A stretch of 64,000 nucleotides of DNA from Vicugna vicugna (lineage: Eukaryota): assembly GCA_013265495.1 (NCBI GenBank), contig MU058451.1:1774167-1838166 (forward strand), given 5' to 3'. Shown one piece after another: positions 25,925 through 38,713 of this stretch. The notes under the pieces are model-generated. The model was not told the origin of the DNA and did no database searches. It saw only the letters and a program-made list of their open reading frames with translations. Within the stretch, counting starts at the first letter, position 1, and every line of letters begins with the position of its first letter. The translations under genes and the position numbers were made by a program.

Positions 25925-26810
25925 GTATTCATTCATTTATTCATTCATTCATCATTATTAAGAAGCATTTATTGAGCATCTGCTATGTGCCGGGCGTTGT
26001 TCGAAGAGCCAGTTTTTTGATGTAAACTAAGCAGACAAGCTCCTGCTTTAATGGAGCTTATAGGCTCATGGGGGCTGAGAGAAATAACCTGAAAATATTT
26101 TCAGATAGTGATGAGCCACTCAGGGATCTGAAAGTAGAATGATATGGTAGAGACTTCTGGGTGGTTACTCTAGGTCACGTAGTTGAAGAAAGCCCCTGGG
26201 AGAAGGAGCTAGCCACGTGTATTTTTGCAGTAGGATGGGGTGGCCATTCCCAGTAGAGATGGGGTGACTGGGAATGGGAGGCGAAAGTGAGCGGAGAGCT
26301 GGGAAGAGGCTGAGTAACACAGAGCAGTGTCAGCCAGGGAGTGGTAGCTGGACTTGGTTCTAACCGCAGTGGGCAAACATTAAATGGTGTTAAAGCAGGG
26401 ATGTGATGAGATCTGATTTATACTTTTAATCAATCACTCTGGCTTCTGTGTGGAAGGTGGGCTTTAGGAATGTAAGAGTAGAAGCAGAAAGGATGTTGGG
26501 AGACTAAGAAATAAGTAAGTGAGGGGTGCTGGTACCTTGGGTGAGGGTAGTGGATCTGGAGATGGAGAAGTTAAGGATGCAAGTTAGAGATGCCTGCTGG
26601 TGTCAGCCTAGCAGCTGGAGTGTGTGGACAGAAGGAAGGGAGCCAGGAAATACCCCGAGGGCACTACTAGCATTGAGAGGTTGAGAGGATAAGAGAAGAT
26701 AGTCAAGGAGGCCAATAGAGAACAACAGTTTAAGTGTGGTCTCTCAGAAGATGAGAGAGGGAAGTGTTTCAAAAAGGAAGGGATGAGAGGTCAGTCCAGG
26801 GGCCGGATGG
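25925..26810 (-). mobile_element. L2 (L2a-like) 3' end, decayed
   Basis: attcattcatt tail, gcatttattgagcatctgctatgtgccgggc, atggagcttata, taaagcagggatgtgatgagatctgatttatactttt...atcactctggct. Confidence 0.8.
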
Positions 26811-27242
26811 AAGACACCACTGTGAACATAAACTAGCTCAAGACCAGGAGCCTGCTCTGAGTCTCACAACTTGGCCCATCTAACTTACATTTATCATATA
26901 GATGCCAACCATCCAAAGATTGTCAAAGGGTGACTGTAAGGAAGACAATACGTACAAACAAGTAGTTTACCTTAACAATCCATAATTTGGTACAATGACA
27001 TGCAACAGGTCATTTTCTATGATGGAGGTATAACTTTAGGCAAGAGCGATAGGATGAGAAGCAGGTGAATTGTTTCATGGATTATTAGAATGAAAAGAAA
27101 TCTCAAAGGTTATGGTCCAAAACCCCTTTTATCTTCCAGATAAGGAAACTAAGTCCCACAGTGTCTAAGAGAACTCGTTCAAGATTCCATGGCAATCCAA
27201 AGCTATAACCTGCGTCTGTGTTTTTTAGGCCAAACAGGTCCT

Positions 27243-27259
27243 ACACACACACACACACA
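27243..27259. repeat. (CA)n microsatellite
   Basis: acacacacacacacaca. Confidence 0.85.
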
Positions 27260-28579
27260 ATTCTCACATGTGCTCACAAGTCCATTCACACATATGATCA
27301 CAGGGTATTAGGTGATAATTATTTGCTTTAAAAGTTATTTAAAAGAGTCATGCTGAAAAATAACAAACTCTCCAGGAGCATTTTTAAAAGTTTATTTGAT
27401 TTATAAAATTTCAGTTAACATTTTTCCAAGAAGTTTCTTTATAAACTGTGTTCCATTTTGCCCTCTTTAAAAAAAAAACAAAAACTTTTATTCCTTCCAA
27501 TTAAAAAATGTTAGCATAATAGATCACAGGGTTTGTAATCTTATTCTTTTTTCCCCATTAGCTACAAGAGTTTATCTACAATAAGTATTATTAGTATGTT
27601 CTTCTGCCCTTTTATTTGTATTTGAACATAAACTAGAGTAGACAGAGATATAATCAGATTTGTAATGTACTGTAAAATCTGTTTTCAGGCAAAAAGAGCA
27701 AGAAAGAAATATTTAACATTTTATGCTGCTACAATGCCAATTAGGGTCAGTGTAGTATAATTTTATTTGTAGTTCTTGGAAAATCTGTAAAATATTTTAG
27801 ACCATTGAGCATTAAGCTCAAGTGTGCATTTATCTCCATCATTTTTCATTATGGTCCTCAGTGGAATAAAGCATTGTCATCTAGATGCACATCTCCAGTG
27901 CTGCCGCACTGCACTCAGGATAGCATTCACCTAGGACTCCGTGGCCTAGGGGCTGCTGTTTACATGGGTTTACATGGACTGTGTCTACAAGGTGCAGCCC
28001 TGGATATCTTCTTTTTCCTTATGTAAAGGATCCTGGAAACCTAAAGTAGCTTTTTCTTGCCCCTATTAAAGTACCATAAATTAATAATACCTGAAAAGAA
28101 TTTGCTGACATTTCTAATATTAGGTTTATGATAAGACCACAGGGAAAAATCTGCACATCAATGAACAGAAAAAGATCAGAGCAGGGAGTTGTTGGAGGAA
28201 AGAGAAAAAAAGATGATGACTCTTAAAGCACTTGAAATCGTATCTCTTGAAAAGATGTTGCACTGAAATATAATCCCCTTGGACTCAAGGATTTTACATC
28301 TCAAAATTCCTGTTTAAATCAGTGGGGGTCTCTTTTTCCAACTGATGTGCTGGGAAACTGAACTCCAAGCCAGGAACAAAGTTTGAAACAGAATCTAGAC
28401 TTTCAGCAGTTACTTTATGATGATATGAAGATTTATTTAGTATTCTTTTCTTATTTGTGTTTAGTAAGCATGATTTTTTTTAAAGTGTAGACCTGCAATT
28501 TATTTGTCCCTTCCTGAAATTTTCAAAACAAATCACAGCTAACAAAAGGATAAGGATGTGCTCTCTTATTGCATATTTA

Positions 28580-28730
28580 GTAATAATAACACTAATAATA
28601 ACCAGAAATTACACAGCACTTCCCATGTGGAAGGCACCACGCTAAGCACTTTATAAGTGTGTTAATTCATTAGCCCTCACAACAAACCATGGGATGTAAA
28701 GTCTATTATTAGCTCATTCTAAAATGTGGG
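28580..28730 (-). mobile_element. MIR fragment
   Basis: gcacttcccatgtggaaggcaccacgctaagcacttta...ccctcacaacaaaccatg. Confidence 0.65.
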
Positions 28731-31700
28731 TGAAGAATTAAGTCAGCATTACGTTAAAAATAAAATCATCCCAAAGGAAAATGAAGACAAATCAGCAATT
28801 AGACTGGTTAAATTCAGAAGACACATGGTTTACCTAACACAGGATTTTGGTCATTTAAGACAGGCAGCTTGGGTCATGAGGGGATAACGGGGTGTCTTAG
28901 GCCAAATCCAGTGAGAGCAGATTTGTGAGGAAAATGGTTTTGTCTCAAATCAGTAATGACAGGCTGGCCTTGGGTTTAAGAAACCACCTTTAGAACATTG
29001 CTTTCGTCACTGGTACTGATTAACAGATTTGCTCGAAGAGTCAAGGTGTGTATGTTGAGGTCACTATAAATTCATGGATCTGTCACTTTGTAGGGAGTGT
29101 GGAGTACTGAAAAAAGGGAGAAATGGATATGCTATAAATCTTAAAACTGAGATAATAGTTTAATTCTCAGAATATTATCAGTGTTTTCTTATAAATTCCT
29201 GACAATTATGCCCATGCTTAAGCTTAAAACATCATTTTCAAAGTTGATAGCTATTACAAAATAGGTAGCTCTATTAATTTCGCCAATATATTAACAAAGG
29301 TAACTGATCTAAAGAAATCTCTTAAATATGGAAGGGATCACTGTTTCCAAATGCTACCCTGGGATTAGAAAGAAATCTCTTAACTATGGATGGGGTCGCT
29401 CTCTTTCCAGATGCTATTCTGGGACTACAGTTGGGCTCACCACTTTCAAGCTTGCAACTTGTGAGTTTTGGGGACCCTGGAGTATTGAAGTCCCATACCT
29501 GATAGGGATGTGTGTCCCATAGCTACATTTCCTATGCTATTTTTGTCACAGATAAGTTTATATTGTGTAATATATGATCTTTTAATGATCTATACTTCCT
29601 ATTACGAGAAGGGCTCCCTTGCCTTGTGGATTACACATGCCTTGTTGGCAGCATCAGTGGATGCAGAGAGGATTGTGTGGACTTTTGCTTTGCTCTGTGG
29701 CACACTGGCTCTTTACAGTGGACTGTGGAAAGAACGCCTTCTACTGTGAATACATATAAAGACCATAGTATAATTCTTTCCATTTCAGCTTTTTGCTTTA
29801 TATTTGCTGTGTACAGGTATAGAAGATGCCAGGCCTTATTAGCTCACTCCAATTGGACTTAGTACCTAGGTGGCCTGCTTGCTGCCTGCCTTTGAGAAAT
29901 CCATTTATTTTTTCAGGTCTTCACTTTCCTCACTTGCACATGGGGACAACTGGACTCTGATAAGGATTAAATGATATTAATCAACTAGCTAAAGAATTAA
30001 TATATGTTTAAAACTCACTTAATGTTAACTATAATTTAAAGTAGAAAAAAATAATGCCCACTCCCCTATTATTGAGTCCAAATGAAATCTGGCATATAGA
30101 CCTTAAAAAACACGATACAAATGTCAGGTACTCTCAACATATCCTAAGCAATGTCATAATCAGCCCCACCTTTCACTTAAAACTCATAATCAATATATTC
30201 TGTGGCTTTTCTCAATTCACAGCTGTTCCAACAACATTAAGTACTAGCACAGAAAGCCTGACTGTTGGCCTGTCCCAGCTTACTTTACTGACAGATGTGA
30301 ATTTACTTGTGTCTGTTCAGTGTTCTTGGATTGAAGGATTCGGCAGTGCTGGGTTCTGGGTGGAGAGTGTTCCTTAAGCTGCCCACAAGTGACTCAAGAT
30401 TCACTACACTGAACTTTTGGTAAACGTCTTGAAAACACACAGAAATAAAACCTTGTTGAAGACTTGCTGGTGAATTTTCAGAATAAGATATCACTTCCAG
30501 TTCTTTTTTGTCATTTCAAACTGATGGAATTTTTTTGCCCTGATTTTCTCGTCCCCGAAGTTTTCTGTCTCTTTTAAGCAAATCATAATCACAGGATATG
30601 CTACAGGAATTAGAAACACGTGCCCCTGAAAATCTGGTTTGAATTCAGGGTCTTCTTAGTGAAGCTCAACACTCTGGAGCAGACAGTGCCAGGAAGCCAG
30701 ACCTCAGGGTCAAAGTCTAGAACAAGAGAAACAGAAGCGGTTGCCTTGGGCGTTGTGGAGGTTGGATGGGCGTCAGGATACTGCTGGATGAAATGATTGA
30801 TTTTTCCTGAGGCAAGGATTCTTTCAGTCCTTGGAACTCCTTGGCGTTTTCAAGTTTCTAACTTACTGAGAATTCTTTTTTTTTAAATAAAGTGCAGCAT
30901 GAAAATAGCTGGAATGTGCGTGACAGTAGATTTCAGAGTTAGTTTCTCTGTGTTTTAATACTTTTTTTGGAAAATTAAAGAGGATGGTATTGTTAGAAGA
31001 TACAGTCCCCCGTTGAAATAACATCTCTATAAAGTGAGTATCACTTTATTCCTGCACACACACAGTTACAGGAAAAAGGCAACTAGACAAGAGCAGATAG
31101 AGAACTGCTCCCTAGTTCCATATGGGCTAATTTGTTTCTGTCCCTCTATATCATTAAAGTGCTTTCCACACCGTGACCAGACAGAGTGAATCTGGATTTA
31201 GAAAGATAAGCTGAAAATAAAAGTGGAAACAGTGGATTATGAATAGGCAATTATCTTCCCACTGAATTCAATCATAACAAGCAAAAAACAGGCAGTCACA
31301 TTTGGCCTCTGCAAAGTTCTTAGGGAATCTGCTACTATGCCTCTGATGACTATGAATCTAATATTCCTCAAAAAAAAAGTTTTAAATACCATTCACACTG
31401 TTATCCAATATACACTGAGTCACTGACAGACTATGATGATTTGTGTAATGTAGCTATAAAAAATATCGCTAATTAGTCCTATGTTTCTGCAGCATTTGAC
31501 TTAGAAGAAAAAAAAAAGAAAAAGAAAATCCCTCTTGTATCGAATCAGCGTTTTGCTCTGTATTGAGATCTGGCCATCTGCGGGGTGTGCCCAGCTGGTG
31601 CTACATAATGTCTCAGTGTGAGCTGTGCTGCCAGGAGTAAATTGCATCCCATTTTGTCCTGTCCCAGCCATTCCGGGATGCCTGATCCCATATTCACACG

Positions 31701-32770
31701 TCTGACATAGTCACACTCTAATCCTGCTGGGCTTAAACACTGGACTTGTGAGTTGCTGTCCGTTGGCACATCAGATGTTTCATCAGTGGAGTTCCTTTCC
31801 TCTTCTGGTAAATTCTGAACAGTCCACACTGAAAATTCTTCCCCAGAATGAAGTCATGCGGCAGAGTGGTTTCTTGAGCTCTTGCAGTTATGCAGATGAG
31901 GTTTAAATACGCAGAGATTACGGGTTTAAACTCCCACACTGCCACTGAGATAATGACACCAACTCAAAGCATAAATGTGGACGATCTAATTTTAGTCGGG
32001 TGGCGTGAATTCTCCTGGAGCAATGCTGCCTGTCTTCCTGCTGGGACAGACGGGGAAACGTACCGAGTCACACCATTGATGCAAACTAGTTTTGTTCTTG
32101 CAACAGTGTGTAATGTACAGTCTGCATTAAGCAGCTCTTGTTTCTGGTAACATCACAGCCTCTTCTTCCAGTGCTGTTGATTGGGAAAGAATAGTTCTAT
32201 TAGATGTTGATTAAATGCCAAATATGAAGGAGACACCTTCTAATTTATTTCTAATATATTTCTTTGTTTTAGCTCCTGCCATTGAAGGATTTTTAGTGGT
32301 GGTGTTCTAAAGGGTCATTGCATAATGTTATATGAAGGATCAGAGAGGACTTGCATTTAAGCTCTAGCTCTGCCCTAGTAGCTCTGTGTATGTGGGCAAG
32401 GTTCGTAACTTTGAAACTTAATTTCCTTTGTTTTTAAATGAATATTCCCTACCTGACCATATTGTTCTTACAACTAAAGGAGATCACACAGTAAATTAGA
32501 GAACTGGGCACGAAGCAGATACTGGTGTGTGATTTTTGAAGTTATTTGATGTTTGTCCTTGCTCTGTGTTCTGGAGGAAGGGTGTTTATAAGGGTGTGTG
32601 CTCTTGTATGGCTTTTCCATGGAGAACTGCTTCAGGGTACGTTAAATCTGTCACCTGCAACTAGGTGCTCAGAGTCTGTCTTCTGTAGGTTCTGTTGTTT
32701 CTGAAACAAGTTGTTTATTTCTTGAATAATTTCTTGTGCCTACTCCATCCTGACAAAGAAGTTCAGAGGA

Positions 32771-32886
32771 GGGGAGAGGCACACAGCTCAGTGGTAGAGC
32801 ATGTGCTTAGCATGCATGAGGTCCTGGATTCAATCCTCAGGATCTCCATTTAAAAAAAGAGAGAGAGAGAAATAGAATTAAAAAAA
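32771..32886 (+). mobile_element. tRNA-Ala-derived SINE (camelid vic-1-like), young insertion
   Basis: ggggagaggcacacagctcagtggtagagcatgtgcttagcatgcatgaggtcctggattcaatcctcag (A and B boxes, tRNA-Ala(AGC)-like) plus A-rich tail; perfect TSD aagttcagagga at 32759-32770 and 32887-32898. Confidence 0.9.
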
Positions 32887-33023
32887 AAGTTCAGAGGAGA
32901 CATGTTTCCATGGAGACCTGAAGAGATGTCATATTTACTTAGGACCACATAGTGGCACATATGATCTAGGTGATCAAATGCCAAAATACTTTTAAGGTGC
33001 CAAAAATATCAGAGAAACAGGGC

Positions 33024-33387
33024 AATCTTAGTCAGCTAGGGATGCCATAACAAAATATCAGAGACTGAGTGGCTTAAACAGAAATGTATTTCCTCACAGT
33101 TCTGGAGGCTAGAAGTCTGAGATTGGGTGCCAGCACTGTTGGGTTCTTGTGAGAGCTCTTCCTGGCTTACAAATGTCACCTTCTCACTGAGTCCTCATAT
33201 GGTAGAGAGAAAGAGCAAGCTGTCTGGTGTCTCCTCTTACAAGGGCACTAATCCCATCACAAGGACCCCACCCTCGTGACCTCATCTAAGCCCGATTACT
33301 CCCAAAGACCTCATTTCCAAATACCATCACATTGGAGATAGGGCTATAACATATGAATTTTGGAGGGACACAGTTCAGTTCATATCA
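33024..33387 (-). mobile_element. MaLR solo LTR (MLT1A/MLT1A0-like)
   Basis: tcttagtcagctagggatgccataacaaaatatca...cacagttctggaggctagaagtc...aagggcactaatcccatca...catatgaattttggagggacacagttcagttcatatca. Confidence 0.9.
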
Positions 33388-33529
33388 GGGACTATGTATT
33401 GTCACTGAAGGCCCCCCACCGCCAGCTGATAGGCATGGCCAGGGAAGCAGCAGCATTCCACAGCCATGGACATAACCTCTTCCCACATGGCATTAGCTAT
33501 GAGCTGTCCCTTGGACTCCATATTTGGAG

Positions 33530-33770
33530 TGTGTAGGTTAAGTATGGCCAATCCAGAAAACAAGAGCATGGAACTCCTTAGAAGACCTGAAATTTAGCCC
33601 CAGGTCTGTCTGTTAACTAACTACATGCAGTGCACACATCATTTTTTCCCTCTGAACCTCAGTTCCCTTATCTGTTAAAAGAAAATCATAAGATCTCTTT
33701 TGCCTCTTTTGAAGACTGGTTGTGAGAATCAATTAAGATGTTGTACGTGAAAGCACTTGGTAATCTGGGG
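33530..33770 (+). mobile_element. MIR SINE
   Basis: ctctgaacctcagttcccttatctgtta, ggttgtgagaatcaattaagatg...gtgaaagcactt. Confidence 0.65.
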
Positions 33771-33886
33771 TCCTGTTTTGTTTTGTTTTGGTTTTTTAAC
33801 CTGGCTTTTCCTGGCTCTGGAACCATAAGTTGAGAGGCTCACCAGGTCCAAGATGGAGCCCAAAACTCACCTTATGCATGAGTCTG

Positions 33887-34065
33887 GGTTTTCAATTGTG
33901 AGAGAATTACCTAGGGTGCTGGTTTCACACAGAATTTAGGACCCCAGTCTACGAGTTTCTAACTTATCTGGGCCATAGGAGAGCCTAGAACCTTCATTTT
34001 CACAAACTTGCAGGTGATGGTTTGGATAGAGCTGGTCCTGGGGCCACTCTGTGAAAAATGTTGTT
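33887..34065. mobile_element. MER5A-like DNA transposon
   Basis: agaattacctagggtgct...cttcattttcacaaacttgcaggtgat...gctggtcctggggccactctgtgaa. Confidence 0.6.
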
Positions 34066-35427
34066 CTGTGCTATAAGAGGCCAAACTCTTGAGGATGGGT
34101 ATGTTTGGGGGATTAATGAGAAATAATAAAGTAGAGAAGAGGTGTATATTGTCGACTGGGAACTCTGATGCCTGTGTTGTACACTAAAACTTGGAAAGTT
34201 TATGAAAAATTGAGTAAGATTAAAAAAGAGAGATTATCTGATCTATAAATTGGCTTTTCTTTGCCCACATGAGGCAAACTTTTTTTTTAAAGGTGAATGA
34301 ACACAGTGAACAGATGAAGAAAGCAGATTCATCCTTGCTAGAGTCTGTCAGCTCACAGCTTCAAGTCTCATAATTTGCTTTACTAAGTTTATAAAGTCAG
34401 TGGACAAAAGATAATTTAAGTTTCAGTCACACAGAAAATAATGTGTTGCTGTTGGAACGTCAGCTACCCTGTGTTGGCTTGTCGCAGTGATTAACTCTCC
34501 CTAGTTCCTGAAACCCAAGGCTATATGTTGACAAGGGTAAAAAAAAAGCTTCTCTGAGCTATTTAAAGTGATTCTAATATTTTAAAGTTCTCAACGGACC
34601 ATCATGTCAGCCTTTCTCTTCCTTAAATTTTGTATTAAAGGATTCCTTTTGAGTTTATACATTTTGTTGGCATTAAGTGTAGGACCTGCAAGAATTGTCA
34701 TCTTCTGTTTCCTGGCCACTGAGACTTTCAGGTGGAAATTTGGAATAGCTATAAAATTAGATCTGGGGTGGAAATATAGCTGTCATTTCCAGAGTAATAT
34801 GGATTTTGGTTGTACAAGTGACATGTTTATGAGGAACAGAGGGTAACAACAAAACAATGTCATCAGTGACCTGCTGATGTTAAAAGAGGCTTGCATTGGG
34901 CTTTTTTGACTCCAAAATTTATTGAAATATTTTTAACCAACAAAATCAGGCACATTCCAGTATGTCTCAGTGTAAAATTCTTCAACTCTTAGGGTTTTGT
35001 TTTGTTTTGTTTTCATTCAGGTCTGTATTTAAATACTCAGTGTTGTTCTAAGAGTGTATCACAAACTCCCCCATATAAAGAACTTGTCTCTCTTCCATCA
35101 TGTTATTTGTTTTTATTTTCATAGCGTGTGTAGCATTGCCTGAAATTTTCCTATTTCTTTATCCATTAACTGTCTTCTGCGTCCCACTAGGATGTAAAAC
35201 TTCTGAGAGTAGGGATTCTATCTGTCAGGATGACAGCTCTTTCCAGTTCCTAAAGCTGCACCTGGCACAAAGAGAGAAGCTTAAGAAATATTTGCTTATT
35301 GTCTGGGGTGGGTTGTAGATATGATGGGCACAGCTTCCTTGGGGCCCTGTGTCCCGCCCTTTGCCCTCCAGAATTCCTTACTCTCTCAGAGTTCTGTGAC
35401 TTCATACTCTGGGCCAGGTTTTGGCTC

Positions 35428-36000
35428 TTTTTTTTTTTAACTATAGTTGATTTATAATATTGTGTTAGTTTCAGGTGTACAGCTTCAGATTATTTTCCAT
35501 GATAGGTTTTTACAAGATACTGAACATAGTTCCCTGTATTATAGAGTAAATCCTTGTTATTTATCTGTTTTATATATAGTTGTGTATATATGTTCATCCC
35601 ATACTTCTAATTTATCCCTCCTCCTCCCCTTTCCCGTTTGGTAACCATAAGTTTATTTTCTATGTCTATGAATTTGTTTCTGTTTTATAATAAGTTGATT
35701 TGTAGTTTTTAGATTCGACATATAAGTAATATCATGTGATATTTGTCTTCCTCTGTCTGACTTACTACACTTAGTATGATCATCTCTAGGTCCATCCATG
35801 TTGCTGCAAATGGCATTACTTCATTCTTTTTTATGGCCGAGTAATATTCCATTGTATATACGCACCGTATCTTCTTTATGTATTTATCTGTTGATGGACA
35901 ATTTGCTTACATGTCTTGTTTGTTGTGAATAGTGCTGTTATGAATGTTGGGGTGCATGTATCTTTTCAACTTAAAAGTCTTCATTCTTTCTAGATACAGG
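35428..36000 (-). mobile_element. 5'-truncated cetartiodactyl-type L1 3' end
   Basis: Poly-T then tatagttgatttataatattgtgttagtttcaggtgtacagc...tctaggtccatccatgttgctgcaaatggca; degenerate flanking ccagg(c)ttttgg duplication. Confidence 0.9.
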
Positions 36001-36989
36001 CCCAGGCTTTTGGTGCTAATGTGATTTATACAAATTAATTCCAAGTAGCCAATGACATAGTGGTGGAATAATTAAGGGTCTGTTATAAAAATGCCAGCTA
36101 ATCAATCAAGAGGAGCCCTGGTTCATTGTCTCTTTTTGTGTTTCCATTCTGCTAGTCTAGATCAGTCAGATGTGCTGGTTTCTGCTTCATGTTGGAGGCA
36201 AAGTGGGGCCTAGGAGCTGAGCCTGCCAGTCAAAGATGAGAGTCCTCTGAGTGTCTCTAGGGTTGGATGAAGGAATCACTCGAGTCTGATTCAAGCCCCA
36301 AAGCCCTGTCTTCTTGAAATGAAACCCTGCCTGGGTCTCCCTCTTCCATCTGAAACATACATCAGTGAACGCACATCTTTGTTTTGGAAATTGGAAATAA
36401 GGGTTTTGGGTTTTTTTTTGTTTTTTAAAATACTGTTTGGACACCAGGGGAGAAGTTATCATCTAAGAAAGGCTGGAGGATTACAACAAGGTTGGATCCT
36501 TTGATTACCTGTTTGTCTGGCACTGGGTGGAGCTTTACGATGAAGTTTGATTATGCAGAGAGAGGAAAGGTTTAGAAAAGTTGGGAAAACAAAGTGATAT
36601 ATACAGAAATGATATCTACAGAACTGATCCAAAATAAGTTACACAGGTTGCAGGTAGACAGTGACATGAGGACATTTCCTAGCTGAGAATCCTGGAGGAA
36701 AGGAGGGGACACAGACCAATCTGCAGAACTCACAGATGTTCCGAGAGCGGACCCTGTTGGTCCCAGTCGTCTGCCTTCCCCCACTTCTAAATTCTCCATC
36801 TAGTGGTTTTCCCAGACTCTGAATTCCCCCACACTCTTCAAAAAAATAAATAAATAAATAAACAACCAATTAAAAATAGTGATTCTTGGCAAGTGCTGTC
36901 AACAGCCTTTTTTTTTTTTTTCAGAAAACACACACCATAATATGATCTAAGCCCCTCAGGCTCCTTAGCGAGGGGTATGAATATGTGGG

Positions 36990-37200
36990 AGCCCGGCTTG
37001 GGGGCTCACGGGCGAGAACATCCGCGGTGACCCCGGGAGACCGTCACCCGCGGCCGCGCCGCAGCCTCCCACGCCGTGGTCCCCCCGCGCACGGCCGACT
37101 CTCCGGCAGCCCCCGTGGTGCTGCCTGTGTGTGACAGGGAAGCTAAAAATACCTGCCAAGATGGCTTGGAGACCGACGTTCTCTCTCCAGCCTCGCGAGC
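36990..37200. promoter_or_regulatory. Small orphan CpG island / GC peak
   Basis: About 24 CpGs in ~210 bp (counted by eye), including a NotI site at 37050-37057; sharply bounded by AT-rich DNA; not a recognisable repeat. Confidence 0.7.
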
Positions 37201-37354
37201 TGCACAACGTGTGTAAGAAAATGATCCCAAAGCTCTAACATCCCAAATGATTCAAGTTTCTGTAGGACCTAGCAACAGAGGAGTCGGTCAGAACCATTCA
37301 GTTTATATGATATATGAAGGGATTTACATATTCATAGGATTTAATACTTCAGAG

Positions 37355-37629
37355 CTGTGCTGTCCAATGTGGTAACGACTGAACACTTTAAATACAGCTG
37401 GTGTGAATTGAAGAGGTGCTACAAGAGTGATGGATTTCAAAGACTTAGTCCAAAAAAAAAATGTGACCTATCTCATTTAAAAAAAAGTTTGTATTGATTG
37501 CATATTGAAATAATATTTCAATATATTGTGTTAAATGTGTTATTAAAATTAACATCACTTGCTTGCATGAACTTCTTTAAATGTGGCATAGAAACTTTTA
37601 TTTACATGTATTTCTATTGGACAGCGCTG
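37355..37629. mobile_element. MER33-like hAT-Charlie element
   Basis: TIRs ctgtgctgtccaat / attggacagcgctg; 8-bp TSD cttcagag / ctttagaa. Confidence 0.85.
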
Positions 37630-37973
37630 CTTTAGAAACTAAAGTTTCCTGGTTATTCTACTGGAAAACAGTTTAATACAACAATGAAAGGAAGATAGAG
37701 TAGCTGCCTCAGGTGGACCACAGAGAGCTGACAGTGCCCCTCCAGCAGAGACTGGGAAGTCATGTCTGGAAAGGAACAGGCAGGCTTATTGTCTGTGCCG
37801 ATTCTATCCTGAGTCCCTCTTCTGCAACATCAACAATATCAATTAGTGCTACCTGGAAGGAGTTAGGATCTTAAACTTTCTGGAAAGAAAGGGATTCAAA
37901 TGAACTACCCTGTGCAGTAGAGACAGGCATTCCAGTGCCCTCTTGAATGACTGTGATAAATCCCAGTGCCCCC

Positions 37974-38383
37974 TTTTTTTTCAATTGAAGTATAGTTAGT
38001 TTACAGTGTTGTGTTGACTTCTGGCGTATAGTATAGTGATTCAGTTATGCATGTATATATATTCCTTTTCATTCCTTTTCATATTACTTTTCATTTTATG
38101 TTATTACAAGATATTGAATATAGTTCCCTGTGCTATGCAGTAGGACCTCGTTATTTATCTGCTTTATATATAGTAGTGTGTATCTGCAAATCGCAAGCTC
38201 CTAATTTATCCCTCCACCCTTCCCTTTCCCATTGGTAGCCATAAGTTTGTTTTCTATGTCTGTGAGTCTGTTTCTGCTTTGTAAATAAGTTCATCTGTGT
38301 CATTTTCTAAGATTCCACATATGAGTGATATCATACGGTATTTTCCTTTCTGGCTTACTTCACTTAGGATGACACCACATCAA
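37974..38383 (-). mobile_element. 5'-truncated cetartiodactyl-type L1 with TSD
   Basis: ttgaagtatagttagtttacagtgttgtgtt...tagttccctgtgctatgcagtaggacct...; TSD ccagtgcccc / ccagtgtccc. Confidence 0.9.
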
Positions 38384-38527
38384 CCAGTGTCCCTTTCTAA
38401 CCAAAACGTTTCTTTTAGAAGCAATTGTGGTCCAAGGTTGTCGGACCCTCCAATGTTACATCTCAGATATATTAATTCAGTGCATTATGTATTAAGTCCT
38501 TAAATGTGGAAATGAATATCTGGACTT

Positions 38528-38713
38528 TTTCATTTTAATTGTGGTAAAATACACATGACATAAAATTTCCAGTCTTACTCATTTTAAGTGTGTATATTGC
38601 AGTAGTATTAAGTATACTCATACACAACCAATTTTCAGAACTCTTTTTATCTTGCAGAACTGAAACTCTCTACCCGTTGAACAGCAGCTCCCTGTTCCTC
38701 CCTGTTCCCATGG
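38528..38713 (-). mobile_element. L1MB-like 3' terminal fragment with TSD
   Basis: ttaattgtggtaaaatacacatgacataaaattt...ttttaagtgt...cttgcagaactgaaactct; perfect 11-bp TSD tatctggactt (38517-38527, 38714-38724). Confidence 0.85.

Noticed and set aside
32771..32848. tRNA-Ala(AGC) gene
   Set aside because: Disrupted acceptor stem and T-arm, A-rich tail and TSD show it is a retroposed SINE, not a tRNA gene
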